Of a DNA stretch of 64,000 bases, positions 59,691-64,000 are shown piece after piece. The stretch covers positions 1 through 64,000 of the IMG/VR virus record IMGVR_UViG_3300037313_001002. One strand, 5' to 3'. Numbering within the stretch: position 1 is the stretch's first letter; every line of letters starts with the position of its first letter. The notes under the pieces are model-generated. The model saw only the letters and a list, made by a program, of their open reading frames with translations. It ran no database searches and was not told the DNA's origin. Position numbers and translations under genes: made by a program. Source of the DNA: a virus (taxonomy: Duplodnaviria; Caudoviricetes).

Positions 59691-62600
59691 TTAGTTATTA
59701 GCTATAATAATCCAATTTGCATTATTTGATTGTACTGAAACATATTTCCATTGTGCCGATAGTGCATAAGTAGTTGAACCATCGATGGTTTGAGAGCTTG
59801 TTGTCCCGACCGTTACGGCATTACCTGAACTATCTATTTTCTTAATAATATATATCCGACCTGCACAGCCGACAGCCGTAGGAAGCGTCATAGTGAAGCC
59901 TGCACTCGTAGCATCCCCTGTTACGGTATAGTCGGTGTTGGTTAAGGTATAACCAGTGGTTTTGGCAGTTGTAGAAATAGCGGTAGAAAATGAGGTGGTC
60001 TGTATTTGAGAGCCATTGTCGGTAAAAGTACCTCCATGTTGAAATAGCGCATTACCGTTAGGAAAAATCTGGAATGATGATTGCGTAGCACCATTAGAAC
60101 CGCCGCTGACATCAAAGATGAGTTTACCGGACGACCAAGAATTGTAGATATGTGTATTGTTATCCGCATCCATAGCAGATATACGTCCGTAAACACTGCT
60201 ATTGAACTCCGACCTGATTGCTGCTCCGTTCGGTTGAAAAATATCCCCTTGCGTACCAGTGTTAGCGGTTGTAGTTGCGGCCATTAATAACTGCCCGTGA
60301 TAAAACTTAGCAGCCAACTTACTTCCGGCATTATCACCTGCGTCGTTGTAAAATAGTATTCCCGATCCATTATAATGGTTTCTAAAAACCATATCGGCAT
60401 TTGAATTGAGTAACTCAATTGTGTTTGTAATAAGATTATTGCCACCTGACCATGCGGATACCATTTTGGTTTGGTCTTTTATCACCCAATCCTGAGAACC
60501 TGGGGTCGGTGATGGAACGGTTGCCCCATATTCCCACAGATTGCCCATGATGTTCATTACTCCGTTGTACTTTGTGCCAGATGGAATGGACGATAAAACA
60601 CCCATTTTACCGGATGTGTCCATACCGACTATATAATTATTATCCACGTCAGTTAACGGATAGAAATTTTTAAATCGCAATTTCCATAGATCGACCTGCC
60701 CATTGGCTGCGAGTGATTGTCCCAGCTTATAAACTTGATTATTGATTAATGACTCTAAAACGTTAGCGCGTAAAGCATGTCCATAGTTATTCGGGTGCGT
60801 ACCGATTCCAGTGAAATTTGAACCTAAATCATCCAAAAATAGACCTCCGCTATTTTTTGTAGCTGTATAAATATCAGCTAAAATACTTCCATAGTTAGCG
60901 GCTTCAACCGCAGTTAACGAGTCTACGCTTTTGCGATACGCTTCTGTACTGGGGCTATTTCTTAAATTAGTAGTGCATAAAATAATCCTACCAGCAGGCC
61001 ATCCTTTAGCAATAGTGGCATTCATTACCGTATCCATTGCTGCCTTTAGGTGCGTTAAGTTATATCCGGAATTTGAAGTGTGTCCGTCAATATCATTGAT
61101 ATTAAAATCGTAAACTATATAAGAATAAGTTGAACCATAAGTGGGTATAGAAGATGTATTTTGTGTCATAGCATAACCACCACTATGGGATGGGTTTTCC
61201 CATGTTGATCCACTTACCGCGTTATTTACCTCTGTAAACCCAAGCATCCGGCAAAGCACCGTTGAGTAACGGTAATAGTTGCTTGTAGCATCTGAACCCG
61301 CAGCAATACTGTGACCAAAGAAAACAATATTATTACCTGTTTTTTCAGGCAGGTTTGTGACGCCACCAAAATAAGTACTGTCAATGTTTAGATTAAAACC
61401 ACCATTGCTTACATGCCTGTTTCCGGCCAATGTTCCATCTCCGCTATAAATAGTTGAACCGCCGCCTGAACCGTTACTTGCTGCTGTCAGCCTGCCTTTG
61501 CTGTCTACGGTGATGTTCGCATTGGTGTAGCTGCCCGGCGTTACTGCTGTGGTTACCAAAGTCGGGTTAGGATAGTTTCCCGTCAGGTCACCCCCTGCTG
61601 TCCCTGTTGGTGCAGCACCTGAATAAAAGTCAACATTCCAAGATGCTGCCGTTGTCCCGCTCGTTAGGATACATTTAACGATAGCTGTGGTTCCTGTGGC
61701 TAAAGTCTGTACCGTATTGCCACCCGATGAAGTGACGGTCACAACCCCTGTGCTGTTGTTGCTGATTTTATAGGACATTCCCAAAACTAATGTTGAGGTA
61801 ACAGGTAGCTGAACGGTTTGGGTTGTTGTCCCGGTGATAGTCGTTTGGTAAGGGGAATTAACCGCTAAAGTAGTAGTTGCGCCCGTTGAGTTGATGGACT
61901 GATAACCGCTTATAAAATTAGTGCCGTGAGTATTTGAGTTTCCATCGTATTGCGCAATGACCGAAGCCGTAGGGGTTGCTGTAGCATCGGATATTAAAGT
62001 AACGTTCTGTGAACCATTGAACGAAGTGGCACTGCTTGTCAGATTAAAGTGCTGACCGAAAGTAAGGGGGAAAGTTGTTGTACCACTGCCTTTTTTGCCG
62101 CCCCCACCAACGGTTACTGTCTGCCCAATAGGGGGTATTAATATTTCTGCAATATCTAAGCTATTAGCTGGTATAGACGGTATTGGTGGGATAGGGTCAG
62201 TTGAAAGCCCCCCGTTGTAAGCTGTTATTGTCGCCGTTGCATCAATTCCTAATATCGTATATTGATACCGTGTAGCATCCTGCGCCGGGATAGTTGTGTT
62301 TACTGCGCTACCTAAAGTATAGGTTAAATTATTTATTCGATACGTACCTGTTGTGGTATGCGCTGTTGTCGGCCCCGTAATAGTTGTTACCATCCCGGTT
62401 AAAACAGTATTCACTAATTCAAGATCAGCCAAACGGGCTACCTGTGTCGAATAAATAGGTGCATTAAGAACATTTAAGCTATCCGTTGTTAGCGAAAAGC
62501 CACCATTATGAACATATCTGTTTGAACTTAATGTGCTGTCACCTGTGTAAATCGTTGTCCGGGTTGTGCCACCACCACCGCCTGTAACCCAGCTAAGCGT

Positions 62601-63035
62601 AGTGCCATTTGTCCCTAATACTTTACCCGATTGTCCTGTTATAGAGGGTAGTGCCTGACCGCCCCATTTATCAGAGTTAATGACCGTAAAAGGGTTTGAA
62701 TAACTGCCGTTACCGCCAAAGTAAACAGTACTAAGGTAAAATGAACTGTCGGCAAAAGGATTTGGTGCTCTCCATTGACCGCCAAGATAAAACACTAAAG
62801 TGGTGTCCGATGTGCGTATGCCTATCATGCCATCCCGCGGTGGTGCGTTGAAAGTCGTGGGGTTAGGGAATACAGGTACGGAAAGGTTGTACTGGTAGTC
62901 GCCGTTAGCCCACCCGAAATACTGACTGTTTTTGTTAGCACCGCTTGCGGGTGTTACGTTCTGCTGTGTTACTTTTTGTCCTTGACCGAAACAAAACAGC
63001 GGGATAAATGCTAATATATAAAGTAGTCTTTTCAT
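59691..63035 (-). CDS. fibre/spike-like protein with an SGNH/GDSL esterase domain and an N-terminal signal peptide
   Basis: [18 protein letters not shown] and THPNNYGH blocks; [12 protein letters not shown] and [25 protein letters not shown] fibre motifs; G/T/S-rich. Confidence 0.8.
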   Translation of the reverse strand: MKRLLYILAFIPLFCFGQGQKVTQQNVTPASGANKNSQYFGWANGDYQYNLSVPVFPNPTTFNAPPRDGMIGIRTSDTTLVFYLGGQWRAPNPFADSSFYLSTVYFGGNGSYSNPFTVINSDKWGGQALPSITGQSGKVLGTNGTTLSWVTGGGGGTTRTTIYTGDSTLSSNRYVHNGGFSLTTDSLNVLNAPIYSTQVARLADLELVNTVLTGMVTTITGPTTAHTTTGTYRINNLTYTLGSAVNTTIPAQDATRYQYTILGIDATATITAYNGGLSTDPIPPIPSIPANSLDIAEILIPPIGQTVTVGGGGKKGSGTTTFPLTFGQHFNLTSSATSFNGSQNVTLISDATATPTASVIAQYDGNSNTHGTNFISGYQSINSTGATTTLAVNSPYQTTITGTTTQTVQLPVTSTLVLGMSYKISNNSTGVVTVTSSGGNTVQTLATGTTAIVKCILTSGTTAASWNVDFYSGAAPTGTAGGDLTGNYPNPTLVTTAVTPGSYTNANITVDSKGRLTAASNGSGGGSTIYSGDGTLAGNRHVSNGGFNLNIDSTYFGGVTNLPEKTGNNIVFFGHSIAAGSDATSNYYRYSTVLCRMLGFTEVNNAVSGSTWENPSHSGGYAMTQNTSSIPTYGSTYSYIVYDFNINDIDGHTSNSGYNLTHLKAAMDTVMNATIAKGWPAGRIILCTTNLRNSPSTEAYRKSVDSLTAVEAANYGSILADIYTATKNSGGLFLDDLGSNFTGIGTHPNNYGHALRANVLESLINNQVYKLGQSLAANGQVDLWKLRFKNFYPLTDVDNNYIVGMDTSGKMGVLSSIPSGTKYNGVMNIMGNLWEYGATVPSPTPGSQDWVIKDQTKMVSAWSGGNNLITNTIELLNSNADMVFRNHYNGSGILFYNDAGDNAGSKLAAKFYHGQLLMAATTTANTGTQGDIFQPNGAAIRSEFNSSVYGRISAMDADNNTHIYNSWSSGKLIFDVSGGSNGATQSSFQIFPNGNALFQHGGTFTDNGSQIQTTSFSTAISTTAKTTGYTLTNTDYTVTGDATSAGFTMTLPTAVGCAGRIYIIKKIDSSGNAVTVGTTSSQTIDGSTTYALSAQWKYVSVQSNNANWIIIANN

Positions 63036-64000
63036 ATTTTACTTGCCTTTCCATGCACCCGGATAATCACGGTATTTGTTGTAATTGTAAAACTTATCGT
63101 TGTTGTCGCTGTGCCGCCCAAATTAGTTGCGCTGACTGTATAAGTCGTAGAACCCTGCACTACACTTGGTGTACCACTAATAACCCCAGTTGTGGTTGAA
63201 AAGAATAAACCCAAAGGCTGTACAGGGCTGATAGACCAACTAACAGCCGAACCACCCGTATTACTTGGAACTATATTTGATATAGGTGCGTTTACAGGGA
63301 ATGAATAACTATTTGGTGAATAGCTTATCACAGGTGGTGGTGGTAAGTTAACGGTTATCGTTAAATTAAAATGGCTTACGCCTGAAATATTTGTCGCTGT
63401 AACCGTATAAACTGTTGTTGCCGTTACTGCCGTAGGCGTACCGCTTATTACGCCATTAGAAGTGTTTAAAAGCAGTCCTAAAGGCAAAGCAGGGCTGACT
63501 GTCCAAGTGCTTGAACTTCCACCTGAATTTGTTGGCGTTAGGTTAGAAATGGGTGTTCCCACCAAGTACGTTTGAGGGCTGCTGTAACTGATATTTGGTG
63601 CAGGGGGATTAACGGTGATACTAACCGATGTTGAACCTGAACCGCCTGAATTTGTCGCCGTAATCGAATACGAAGTTGTAACCAACGTACTTGACGGTGT
63701 GCCTGAAATAACGCCTGTTGAGGTGTTAAAAGAAAGCCCCGCACCAATAGCCGGGCTAATGGCATAGGAAACAACAACCCCACCTGTGTTATTTGGGGTC
63801 ATGGGAGTTATTGGACTTCCTTGCGTAAAAGTCACCACCGATGGGGTATAGCTGATAACCGGGGGTAACGCATTGACGATAATGGTTAAAGGTGCTGTCC
63901 CGCTACCTGCCGTATTCGTGGCTGTAATGGTAAAAGAACGGCTTGCGGTCACCGTAGTCGGTGTTCCTGAAATAATGCCCGTAGAAGTGCTGAAACTAAG
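63032..64000 (-). CDS. Ig-like (He_PIG) repeat protein, 5' end outside the window
   Basis: Repeated ISY...TPTN.GG...[21 protein letters not shown]...YTVTATN units; frame open to position 64000. Confidence 0.8.
   Translation of the reverse strand, partial: LSFSTSTGIISGTPTTVTASRSFTITATNTAGSGTAPLTIIVNALPPVISYTPSVVTFTQGSPITPMTPNNTGGVVVSYAISPAIGAGLSFNTSTGVISGTPSSTLVTTSYSITATNSGGSGSTSVSITVNPPAPNISYSSPQTYLVGTPISNLTPTNSGGSSSTWTVSPALPLGLLLNTSNGVISGTPTAVTATTVYTVTATNISGVSHFNLTITVNLPPPPVISYSPNSYSFPVNAPISNIVPSNTGGSAVSWSISPVQPLGLFFSTTTGVISGTPSVVQGSTTYTVSATNLGGTATTTISFTITTNTVIIRVHGKASKI

Noticed and set aside
1-64000. Stop-codon reassignment as seen in some crAss-like phages
   Set aside because: Long genes are intact in code 11, gene packing is tight, and the muzzle breaks are TAA stops

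Overview
This window is a 64-kb internal segment of a tailed dsDNA phage infecting a Bacteroidota host. The host assignment rests on TAnnTTTG-type promoters and signal peptides with Gln at +1. It reads in standard code 11, and no host chromosomal genes, integrase, DNA polymerase or CRISPR array are visible. Layout: (1) 1-23 kb, minus strand: a crAss-like short-tail virion module (cargo proteins, split muzzle/stabilization gene, three ring proteins, major capsid, scaffold, portal, TerL, tandem GroES), with a deoxyhypusine-synthase-family enzyme embedded in the tail genes. (2) 22.8-30.2 kb: a glycan-modification island of about six glycosyltransferase-like genes, a SAM methyltransferase, an LbH acetyltransferase and DUF5672. 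(3) 30.8-39.5 kb: initiator/SF4-helicase replication genes, NinB-like, HNH and RepL-like genes. (4) A strand switch at about 39.5-40.9 kb, then plus-strand small early genes (SSB, DUF1064, DUF551, a 190-nt tRNA-like element, exported proteins). (5) 56.8-64 kb, minus strand: lysis genes (GH108, holin-like), an SGNH-containing fibre-like protein with a Sec signal peptide, and a partial Ig-repeat protein. Best leads: exported and possibly glycosylated phage proteins together with the glycosylation island, the DHS-like enzyme, a textbook -1 frameshift signal that adds a KWWQFWKW tail, and the expanded tRNA-like RNA. All family calls come from motif recognition by eye; no searches were run.
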